DNA from: Octopus sinensis
Taxonomy: Eukaryota
Direction: 5' to 3'
NCBI RefSeq assembly: GCF_006345805.1
Contig: NC_043017.1
Coordinates: forward strand, 26,784,001 to 26,848,000
Length of the DNA stretch: 64,000 nt
Part shown: positions 53,360 to 64,000 of the stretch, piece after piece
Position numbering within the stretch: position 1 is the first letter of the stretch
Layout: each line of letters starts with the position of its first letter
Notes under the pieces: generated by a model
Database searches by the model: none
Seen by the model: only the letters and a program-made list of their open reading frames with translations
What the model was told of the DNA's origin: nothing
Position numbers and translations under genes: made by a program

Positions 53360-54780
53360 AAGGGTTTTTTTTCTGAACTTTCGGGAAGTTTATATAGGGA
53401 TGATGCCCTTATCTCCATTCAAGAACCCATCTAATAGGAAACATGAACTATATATGAAGACATTTTACAAATTTTTAAAGAGTTTTGGACTGTCTATAAC
53501 AATAGAACATGAACATGAATCAGTTTACTTCCTGGACCCTAATCCTAATTTCACTACTGGCAACTATGAACCATACCACAAACCTAACTTCAATCTTAAG
53601 TATATAAATGTCGGAAGTAATCTACCTGGTTCTTTTAAAGATATTTTAGTTTATAATAATATCCATAAAATAATTTCTAGTCTATCGTCTAATAAGGATA
53701 TTTTTGGCAAAAAATCAGACTACTATTATATGGCACTCAGCAAAGTTGGGTATGAAAAAATATACAACTGAAGTATTATCCTAAAATATGGATATCAGTA
53801 TCTCTAATACCATGTTTCCCATGTTAGTAATACATTTAAACGAACTGACAGGAATTGGAATGGTAAAAGATGTGAGGATAAATGTTCAAATGGGATTTTT
53901 TTGTGTATAAGATACCAGAACCAATGTATTACTTCCGTTATCTAATAGTCCTGTTATGATTAGGACTATGAATAATAAAATATAAATAAACTATTTATAT
54001 ATTTAATATATTGCGAAAATTTGAAAATTATAATATATATCCTAATAAGAACGGCATTATTTGGATTATAATTCCATTTGCTAACAAATTGAGAATTATT
54101 TTGTCGGGGCCTTATACAAAATTTTTGTGAACACAAAGGAACGTAGATTTTATGATATTATTAAATCTAGATTTCTTAAAGTTGGTTTTTCTTTATCAAA
54201 TAATTTTTTCTCAAATTACATCTGCAATTAACGAAAGAAAATTATCTACAGTTTTGAATGCAACAATAGTAATGCACTTAGAATAAATGTTAGTAAAATA
54301 AGTGTATCTGAGTCGTCTACTGTACAAGGGGAAGCAACCCATGTAAACACCATCTCAGCCTCTGGAATATTGGTAACTTGTTAAATAGCAATCATACCGA
54401 ATAGAATGATGTGAAACATTATAATAATATGAGTAGTAATGAAAACATATTTTGTGATTGCAAGGTTAGAAATAAATGTTTATTTAAAAAATAGCTGTAA
54501 GCCAAAAATATTTACAGATGTAAAGTGAAATTTAGAAGAAAGATTTTCTTTTACGCAGCGACTATGCAAAATGTTATCAAGAAATGCATCACTAATCACA
54601 TTTAGCTCTTTATTAATGGTAATAGGTCCTCTTGTACCAGCCTCAGTAAATTTATCTATAACTTGAAAGAGAAGAAAAATAGTTCTTTTTCTGTGGAGTG
54701 GAAGACTGTAATCAAGGCTGCTGCTTATAAGGTTGTAAATTTCTTTTGCTTTATCTTCCTCGAACAATTATACCAACTAC
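53360..54780 (+). mobile_element. Decayed Penelope-like element: RT C-terminal half plus GIY-YIG endonuclease
   Basis: LYRDDAL (53390-53410), FGLSITIE..V.FLD...TGNYEPYHKPN..KYINVGSNLP, KNGIIWIIIPF (compare IIWFNPPF), CDCKVRNKC.LKNSC, NIYRCKV and LSKFIYNLKEK..VEWK; many stops and frameshifts. Confidence 0.88.
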
Positions 54781-55513
54781 TATATTACAAACGGCGCCTC
54801 TTTATACGAGGATTGAGACTGGCTTTCAGATAGATAGGACAGTTTCTTTTTTCTGTTTCTTTTTTCCTTTATGAAAGTAAATGGGCTTTCAAAAATTACA
54901 GATTTACTATCACAAAGAAATTAATTATATGTTAAAGCTACTAGCACTTTGAATATGTCGGTATTTTATGTTCAATGCACTAACACCTGTAACTATAAAA
55001 ATAAAGAATTCTTCGTAGATATAAGAGACACATTAAACATTATATTAAAATATTAATACTTGAATGTTAATATTTCATTTTAAATACGATGAAGGGGACT
55101 GACATGTCAGGTATTCACGCATGATTAAGTGTGTTCAAAAAAATGTTATCAACTTTATCACTATTATAAATAATTAATTACATATCACAGCTACTGGAAC
55201 TTTGAATCTGCCGACAATTCAAGTTTTATTACACTAGCAAGTGTAAATATAAGGATTAAAGAATGCTTAGTATAGATAAAACTTTGATATAAAATATTAA
55301 TTATACATTAAAAATCTATATTAAATTTTCTGCACGAGTAGTAGTATAATATGTATTTTCTCTAGATGTAATTAAGCAAGTCTTTCATGACTTTGTCATT
55401 GATATATAATAATATAATTCATTAAACTAAGTTAATGATAAAACGTGTTGATTTTGTAGTAGTAGTAGTAGTAGTAGTAGTAATTTTAATTTTATATAAA
55501 ATCTTTATCAATA

Positions 55514-55684
55514 GGCGCAGGAGTGGCTCTGTGGTAAGTAGCTTGTTTACAAACCACATGGTTGCGGGTTCAGTCCCACTGCGTGGCACCTTGGGAAAGT
55601 GTCTTCTACTATAGCTTCGGGCCGACCAAAGCCTTGTGAGTGGATTTGGTAGACAGAAACTGAAAGAAGCCTGTCGTATATATG

Positions 55685-55717
<33 letters not shown>

Positions 55718-55930
55718 CTGTGTCTGTGTGTCTGTGTTTGTCCCCCTAGCATTGCTTGACAACCGATACTGGTGTGTTTACGTCCCCGTTACTTAGCGAT
55801 TCGGCAAAAGGGCCCGATAGAATAAGTACTGGGCTTACAAAAGAATAAGTCCCGGGGTCGAGTTGCTCGATTAAAGGCGGTGCTCCAGCATGGCCGCAGT
55901 CAAATGACTGAAACAAGTAAAAGAAAAGAA
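55514..55930 (+). mobile_element. tRNA-derived SINE (family B), full length
   Basis: ggcgcaggagtggctctgtggtaag...cagtcaaatgactgaaacaagtaaaaga. Confidence 0.92.
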
Positions 55931-56406
55931 AGAAAAAAAAAATGGGATTTGGTAACTCTTACGTTTTCCTGTGTTTATGTAGATTGTATTGATTATAACT
56001 ATTGGGCACAGAAAAAGATGACGAGTTAGTCTGATATGGTAAGTAACAACCAGTGTTTATACGTCATATTTTTTGTTGTCTCCGAAATTTAAGGAAAACG
56101 CGCAAACAATTAGATGGTGAATGTTACCGCTCACTCTCTCACACACTCGCTCTTTCTCTCTATCTCTCTTTCAATCTCCCTCTCCCATTATCTCTCTCTC
56201 TATCTTTCTCTAAACCTTTCCCTAACCACACCACCACCACCACCACCAATAAAAGCTATTATGTATTACAAATGCACGGGCACTACTGTTTCAAACATAT
56301 ATTCATCGCCAATTACTCAAAAACTTCTTCCTTTTTTTAGGTCCTATCATTTCCATTTACATCATTCACTACTCAAAAACCTTCTTACTTTTTCAGAACC
56401 CATCGT

Positions 56407-57552
56407 GAATTGGTGAACATCGGGCTTCCTTGTTCAAGAGTATTATGAAAACGACATTTCTGTAATAGCGACGCAGTGAGCGTTTCGTATACACTTTGCG
56501 CTCGGTCGAAATACATCTGTATAAGATTGGAGAACGATTATGCTTTGGTTGTCTAACTTTTATGCAACATGATCCACATTGAAAAGAAAATCTCCTGGCA
56601 GACCTAGGGACGTTAGAACTCCAGAAAATGTGCAGCTGTCACGAACGCGTTCTGCTCGTAAGTATAGCATAGCATTAGAAATATCTAATCTAAGTTTGAG
56701 GAGGATTCTGCACGCTGATTTGCAACTATATCCTTAGAAGATGATGTTAGATCAAGAACAATTCGAGATGGATATATATATGATAAAGCCCTATGTGCGG
56801 ATATTCTTGCACCAGTTCCCGCTACAGCTGTTCTTCTGTGTAATGGTGAGGCTCACTTCCATAACAATGGAAACGTAAACAAGCAGAATATTCGCCATCG
56901 GGCTTAACATAATCGTCATGAACTCCATGAAAGACCGCCTTATTTTCCTCGTGTAACTCAGCGGTGTTCAGTTGCCGATTTTGGAGTCATCAGTTGTGAA
57001 GAAAGCGATGAAACAGTAACGGTTATGACTGGCCGATATATTGAAATGTTGGAGAGCTTTTGCGACCAAACCTGGACGTGTTGGATACCGAATATCTACC
57101 ATTTCCAGAGGACGGAGCTAAGGCCCACACAGCACTAGGTTTGCTTGGAGTATTGAGGGAAATGTTGTCTGGGAATTTGATTACATTTATGGGTGACGTT
57201 GGGTAGCTGGCAAAATCACTTCATTTAAGCGCTTCTAAAATTTCCTTTGGGGGATACCTAAAGGATCAAGATTTTCCGATATCCTCTTCGAACTCTTGGA
57301 GATTTGATACAACGGCTTTGTGGGCAAATCATCGCAATACCACCTGATATGACACGCAAAGACAGGGAGAGCTTCCGAGAAATCTACATTAATGTATTGC
57401 AAACAACCGTCGCTTTATGGTGTTTACAACCAAGTAACCTACACTGTTTTATTATTTACTTTTCACATACACAGGAGCTATTTTCCCTAATGGATGTGTT
57501 TTCATTTTATATTCATTCAAAATGCGGGAGATGGTTATGCCCAACCATGTAT
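56407..57552 (+). mobile_element. Decayed Tc1/mariner-superfamily DDD transposase, near full length
   Basis: GEHRA..VQEYYEN, KSPGRPR.VRTPENV, GEAHFHNNGNVNKQNIR, VTV..GRYIEML, FPEDGAKAHTA and FLWGYLK; frameshifted. Probable right TIR ...gcccaaccatgtata. Confidence 0.85.
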
Positions 57553-57565
57553 AAACATATATATA

Positions 57566-57608
<43 letters not shown>

Positions 57609-57714
57609 ATATATATAATATATATATATATATATGTATACACTTACAATATATACATAATCACACATATATACACACGTATAGAACGAATCATGCCTTG
57701 ACTATAAGTTCCTC

Positions 57715-57770
<56 letters not shown>

Positions 57771-57989
57771 TACCCACACATTTTAAAGAAATCTAGGATT
57801 GAAAATATGAATTCCTGCTTCAAAAAAAAATACGTGTTATGCCCTACAGGGAATAATATGAGCCTGCACATTTTCATAAAAATCAAGCATCTTCATATTT
57901 CACCTTATATTTTTGCTATTCTCTTGAGCATACCTTGACAAATGCAAATGTCAAATAATAAAACATAACGGCGTGTTATATACAACATA

Positions 57990-58071
<82 letters not shown>

Positions 58072-58457
58072 TGTGTGTTTTTTTCCCGTGTTTGAGAAGC
58101 AGGATATACTTGTACTGCAATATTTGACTTTATCGGACAGGAACAAAAATGCTTGCGCTGCTAGGCATTAAAATTCCAATAGGCCGAGTTAAAAATGTTC
58201 TTCGAACATACTTGTTTATTAACAAATCTCTGTTTATATCCATATGCGGATGCATGACAATATGTGTACGTGTGTGTTTGTGTGTGTGTGTGAGTGTGTG
58301 TGTGAGTGTGTGTGCGTGTGTTTGCGTGTTGCATCAAATATGTCTTGAACATGGATGTGAAAACATATACACAAATATCAAACGATACGGACCAAATATC
58401 CTCTCCAAGAAATAAGCTCATAAGGCTGTTCCCCCCGGATTCTGTCTCATGTACATA

Positions 58458-58502
<45 letters not shown>

Positions 58503-58884
58503 TATATATATATATATGTAATTTATAAACAAGTGCAAAAGACAAGAATTCCTATGCCAAATATGCCGAGATGGACTTTCCATCGTCAATAACCACATAT
58601 AATTCATCACTAAAAACACGCGTCTCTTAGCAAGCCGACAGAAATTTCTTAAAAAATTCCGTTATCACCGAATCGGTCAGATTTCTGAGTCGATTCATAA
58701 AAAAATTTCTCGTCATCAGCGGTAAATACGTTAAGAAATAAATGAAATGCTTACTTGCACACATGGAACAATCATACACAAAGTCATAAGTACACTGAAG
58801 TGTACTCATGTACTCATGAATTTTTTGCCAGCTTCCTTCGAGACGGGTGCATTATTGACGATTCGAAGTCTAATTCTCGGCACA

Positions 58885-59003
58885 TTTGCCATAGGGATTT
58901 CTGTCTTTCGCCCTTATTTATAAGTTGTTTATAATTTTCACCTTCAAAGGTAATATTTAATATGCTGGCCACTAATAGAATTTTTTCAAAATTTTGTCCT
59001 ATA

Positions 59004-59039
<36 letters not shown>

Positions 59040-59092
59040 TATAGGACAATAATTTGAAAAAATTCTATTAGTGGCCAGCATATTAAATATTA
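58885..59092. mobile_element. Fold-back element with ~55-bp arms around a (TA)n core; same family as the 45.0 kb element
   Basis: aatatttaatatgctggccactaatagaattttttcaaaattttgtcctatagta / tactataggacaataatttgaaaaaattctattagtggccagcatattaaatatt. Confidence 0.85.
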
Positions 59093-59101
59093 AATATTAA
59101 A

Positions 59102-59209
<108 letters not shown>

Positions 59210-59293
59210 CATATTACAATATGTATATATATATATATATACACACATACGCACACACACACATACATACGCACACGAACACACACACACACG

Positions 59294-59373
<80 letters not shown>

Positions 59374-59499
59374 TAAGTGTGTGTGTATGCTAGTGTGCTT
59401 ACTTCAACGCAGTTTTTCCCTGTACATTCTTAAATGGATTCTACCAAAGTGATTATTGTGTAATATTTAATGTTAATAATAGCCACTCAAGATATACAT

Positions 59500-59740
59500 G
59501 CGAATATGGGTATTTATATTTACTAGAAATTCTCTTTAGGGATTCGAGGGAAATCAGCATCTAGCACATTCACTTTACCATTATCTTGTTATATGTATGC
59601 TATTGCTTACAGGTTGACTATAGTGACGATATAGCGGAGTCTCTTCAACAAACATATACATAGCTATCACATTTAAGCGAAATATTTCAGAATCCGGCAT
59701 AAGTAAAATCTCTCGTTTGAATATTGAGTCGTAAAGGTTG
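59500..59740 (+). mobile_element. Possible very old LINE RT remnant (RTE-like)
   Basis: VDYSDDIA resembles LDYADDI, preceded by a degraded G.RQGD-like segment; weak. Confidence 0.35.
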
Positions 59741-59949
59741 CTGTAAGCTCAATAAATAATATCTCATATTCTATTGGCTTCGAGTTAATTTAATCTATAT
59801 ATAGCAATACTTTAGAGGATACATCGGTTCCAGAAACCTATTGAAAATACGAGCATCGAAATGGTATTATAATCATATATGAGCCGAGTGTGAAATATAT
59901 TGCTTTTGATGTAAACGTAAAAACCTTTTTATGTCGAATATGCTTCTTG

Positions 59950-59950
59950 T

Positions 59951-59990
<40 letters not shown>

Positions 59991-60004
59991 TAATAATAAT
60001 AATG

Positions 60005-60065
<61 letters not shown>

Positions 60066-60205
60066 TGATGATGATGATGATGATGATGCTGATGATAATA
60101 ACGATCAAACGCACTTTTATGTGTTACACATATATATATACCTATATACATATATATATTATATATATATATAAATACACATATATATATATATATACAT
60201 TCATA

Positions 60206-60240
<35 letters not shown>

Positions 60241-60306
60241 TAAAACTTACGTGTGTGTGCTATATGTACATATATATACATACGTAAATATGTATATATA
60301 TGTATT

Positions 60307-60378
<72 letters not shown>

Positions 60379-60400
60379 AAATGTATACAAACGTACAAGC
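59950..60400. repeat. (AAT)n/(GAT)n followed by (TA)n microsatellites
   Basis: Direct reading. Confidence 0.95.
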
Positions 60401-63117
60401 ATACCTATACGTGTGAAGATATGACTATAATGACGTAATACTGCTTGGGTATATTTAGGATTTTAGAACATGCAACGTACAAACACAGACATACCACGAA
60501 GCATTACTATGCATTCTCCTTTGGGCAACAGCATATTTACTTCAAAATTTGGTATTATGTGATGAAATAAATATATAAATGCAGAAGTTTTACTATGTGC
60601 TGACGAGATTATTTATATTAATATTATAAACTAGACCATAGAATCGAGAATACATACACAGAGATACACAAACTTATGCACACACATATGTGAATATATG
60701 CGTGTGATTGTGTCTTTGTGTATGTGTGTGCAGGTGTGTTTGTGTGTCTGTGTGTGTGTGTGGATGTGTATATAAGAGAAAGTAATCATTCCCATGGCAT
60801 TAGAGTTTGGATATGTTGTTATTTATACCATCGTTTCGAAAATTGGTTTTGATATTTACGCATCGATGATTATCGGAGAATCGGTGAAAAACGTCGGTTA
60901 CCACTAACGACTGGAATTGGTGAATATTAGTGTGTTTAGCCACTAGGAACAAAGAAAGTGCTTATAAAAGACTGAAATAGCTTTTTTGCTCTTGAGCCGT
61001 CGGTCACTCGTACCTAGACATTGTTAAGTTTCACAACCTCCCTGGCATTTCATGTAAGTCATTGAAGCGCGCTAAAGCTGAAAGGCTCATTAACTTCAGT
61101 CGAATCCATAGGATGAAATGTTATGAAAAGCTATAGGTTTGTTTATGAGATCGAACTTAAGGAAGAAGAGTTCATTCTCTACATCTGCAGCATGGGCTTA
61201 AACGTGTTACAACGGGAGGATTTGGTAATGAATACCATTAAAATTATGGTTGAGATTTTTTATTCATCTCTCTTTATTCTACGTCAATATCTGACGTTAT
61301 CCAGGACACTTTGCCAGCCCATTGTCAACGTTAGACTATATTTCCTGACACTACGTTTACAATTCCGTTACTAAAGATAAGAGATCAATATAAATATATT
61401 GAAACAGTCCAGAAAATATTCAGGTCGCACAGAACAATCTCTTCTGTTGTATATATAAATTTATATATTGCTCAATACAATTTACAGACAATTGGCAATG
61501 ATGTGTGTTACTTTCTAAACTTATTCGAAACAGGTTTTCGATTACAGGGAAGATCTGTTGAATATGGAGACTAATGAATTCCGAAAGATTAATACCTAGT
61601 GATATCGATTGCCATTCGTTGGATTCATATCGAACTAGCGACTGTGCTCAATAACTGGGTCGCAAGCTGTTACTTGAAAGATCTGAGAGCCCCAACTCAG
61701 TCTTTTTGGCCGTGTTGCTCAATTATTTTGTGTATAGCCTGCTTACCGTGTAATCTTCAGTGAGGCTGGAGGCTCGTGTTGATCAACAGCATACTACCTG
61801 GTTATGGCCGGTGAGGGGGGATCTCATGGAGTGGGGACAGCCTGGAACTCTGCTCGACAGGTCTTCCGAGAGGATCCGGGTATATACCAAAAACCGGTGA
61901 ATGTAGCAACGCACTGAAACTTTTGATACACCAACATCCCACCTGGCATGGAGTCTTCGATGGGGAACTGGTTGTTTGATCTACTAGATTGCAATTTAAA
62001 TGAATTTACTAATCAGCGTCTGAGTATCCCACTCCACGTATAAACATAATTTATTCCTAATACAGAATCAAGTATTGTTTTTTTTCTCAATTAATATTCG
62101 GAATAAGCCGATGGATATCCACAACTTGCCATCTACACAATTACCGTTAGTATTAAGGATGATACAAGGTATTGACAAATGTCACTTGTTCAAATTACTA
62201 CAGGGTGAGATCGAGCCCATGAGCATAGTATTCTCAAGAGAATGTATTATCCCCTTCTCAATATTTCTGTTCACATACAGCTACCTGGTAGAGTAGACAG
62301 CGTTAAGAGATTCGCAGTCTTGTTTCTTCTTTTCTGTATATGCATGCCAGGAGAGAATCATTTCATTGTGATGAATTTGGCAGAAAGCGAACCATGACGT
62401 AAAATATATTATTTTCCATGATTGAAAACGTACAAATATTGAGAAACAGAAACATACATAAAGGCCAATAATTTTTGCGTTGCACACTACAGGAAATTAA
62501 ACATTGAAAACATGATGCATTACGTAACCATTCATTACAAAGATACGACAATGGCTAAAGCTATCTGTATAGCATTGGTTACATATTGGATACAAATGTT
62601 TCTGTGTCACTTTGCTTCGAGGAACATTACAGAGAGATGGTTGTAGATGATAATTACGCATGAGAGATAGAGTTTTCCCGTGGTTGAATTACGAGGATTG
62701 ACACCTCATCAGAAGCAAATCTAATTCTCTTATTATACCTAAATATTATTTATGTATGAAGAAATAACAAAAAAAAACAATTAATGAAAAAACATAAAGA
62801 TACGAAGAACAACATTTATACCAGTGGCTATTGATAAAACACTGATTAGCATTGAAAACACAATAGACAGTGATAGATAGGGGTTATGATATGAAAACTA
62901 GAAGAAAATACAACAACAACGATAGCCACGTAAATGATGCCTATAATTCGATCTGATATTAGTAGTTACTGTTGTAATCACAATAACAACAACAACAATA
63001 TCGACAACAACAATAGCAATACTAGTATTACAACGTTAAAGTAAGAATATCATAGAAATGAATATGTATATATGTATGTGTTAATACATATGCATGCATA
63101 CATATATACATGCATAC

Positions 63118-63167
<50 letters not shown>

Positions 63168-63245
63168 TTCTGGTGTCCTTTCTCGAGCCACAGGACCATG
63201 TGGCTCCACATACACACACACAGACACACACAGATACACACACAT

Positions 63246-63289
<44 letters not shown>

Positions 63290-63339
63290 GTATATATATA
63301 TACATACACATAAACGCATACACACAATGGAACACACGT

Positions 63340-63700
63340 ACACTAGGTATGATTTCGGTAGTTCGTGGGTCGGTGGTTGTTTCTGGATTATGAGACTATA
63401 ACCTCTAAGCCCCTGGTGGGAAAAACACATGAAAGTAAGTCACAGTCAAGTGGGGCAACTCGTATCAGTTTCTTTCCCGATGTGACGGATATCGACGTTT
63501 CGTTAGGCTTTTAACTTATGAATGACGATTCCTGAACCAGGACCGCTGCAAGGCATATGGCCAAATATGACTATAAGCTCAATGTTTCAGGCACCATCTG
63601 TTGGTTTGTCACGGAAGATAATTCAAATACGAATTAGATGTAACTCGAGGTTAAACGAATGCTCAGAGGGTATATATTCTCTTACGCCTAAAAAAACAGA
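63340..63700 (-). mobile_element. Possible RTE LINE C-terminal remnant
   Basis: Degraded HI(W/A) and DNPE..RP.GRP-like segments on the minus strand. Confidence 0.3.
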
Positions 63701-64000
63701 ACCTACCTATGAACTAACAACTTACATAACTTGTGTATGTGTGCTCGATGTTGCTTATTTTCTCCCAAGCTGTTTGGAAGTTATATTTTATTATATAAGC
63801 ATATACATCACACACACAGACACACACATATCATTCCCTAGATTACTTCAAAACAAAGAGTTACATAACGCAATACTAAAATATTTTAGAGCTGGGAATA
63901 TTTCTAAATATGTATATAATTTCCGAAAGAATACAAGCGGCTGTGAATCATTGCTATAAACGTGTTCAAAAGAATCGATCTTTAGTAAATTTTTAAATGC

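Noticed and set aside
8581-55930. tRNA-like A/B-box sequences as tRNA genes
   Set aside because: They lack complete cloverleaves and continue into shared repeat bodies, so they are SINE heads.
61640-62030. GC-richer segment considered as an HDV-like ribozyme or LINE 5' UTR
   Set aside because: I could not build the nested double pseudoknot by eye; left unassigned.
62680-62716. Minus-strand CTGATGAGG...CCTCGTAA
   Set aside because: GAAA is absent and stem I does not pair; too degenerate to call.

Overview
AT-rich eukaryotic non-coding DNA, dominated by repeats. The tRNA-derived SINE families and dense (TA)n/(CA)n/(AAT)n microsatellites strongly resemble Octopus (coleoid cephalopod); this is inferred from sequence recall, not searched. 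No host gene can be supported confidently, and most listed ORFs are microsatellite or satellite artefacts. Recognisable decayed transposon coding remnants: an R4/Dong-clade non-LTR RT (1-1210), a Helitron RepHel fragment (39.5-40.1 kb), a CR1/L2-type RT (42.5-43.1 kb), two Tc1/mariner transposases (49.0-49.6 and 56.4-57.5 kb), a Penelope-like RT plus GIY-YIG element (53.4-54.8 kb) and RTE scraps. Also present: three non-autonomous Helitrons, two MITEs with TIRs and TSDs, and many SINEs. The most interesting signal is a ~7.15 kb array of ~543-bp units (31.6-38.7 kb) that flips orientation at a 4-nt microhomology, forming a giant palindrome set in (TA)n. Each full unit carries a type-I hammerhead-like motif. 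A 100-bp element with the same two termini lies 6 kb away, and related (TA)n-anchored fold-back elements occur at 45.0 and 58.9 kb. Four further loci with minimal hammerhead motifs of the Penelope pseudo-LTR type lie at 1.6-7.0 kb. Together these suggest a Penelope-dependent, retrozyme-like non-autonomous element system targeting (TA)n. This is an inference: ribozyme activity is untested, and several copies deviate from the catalytic consensus.
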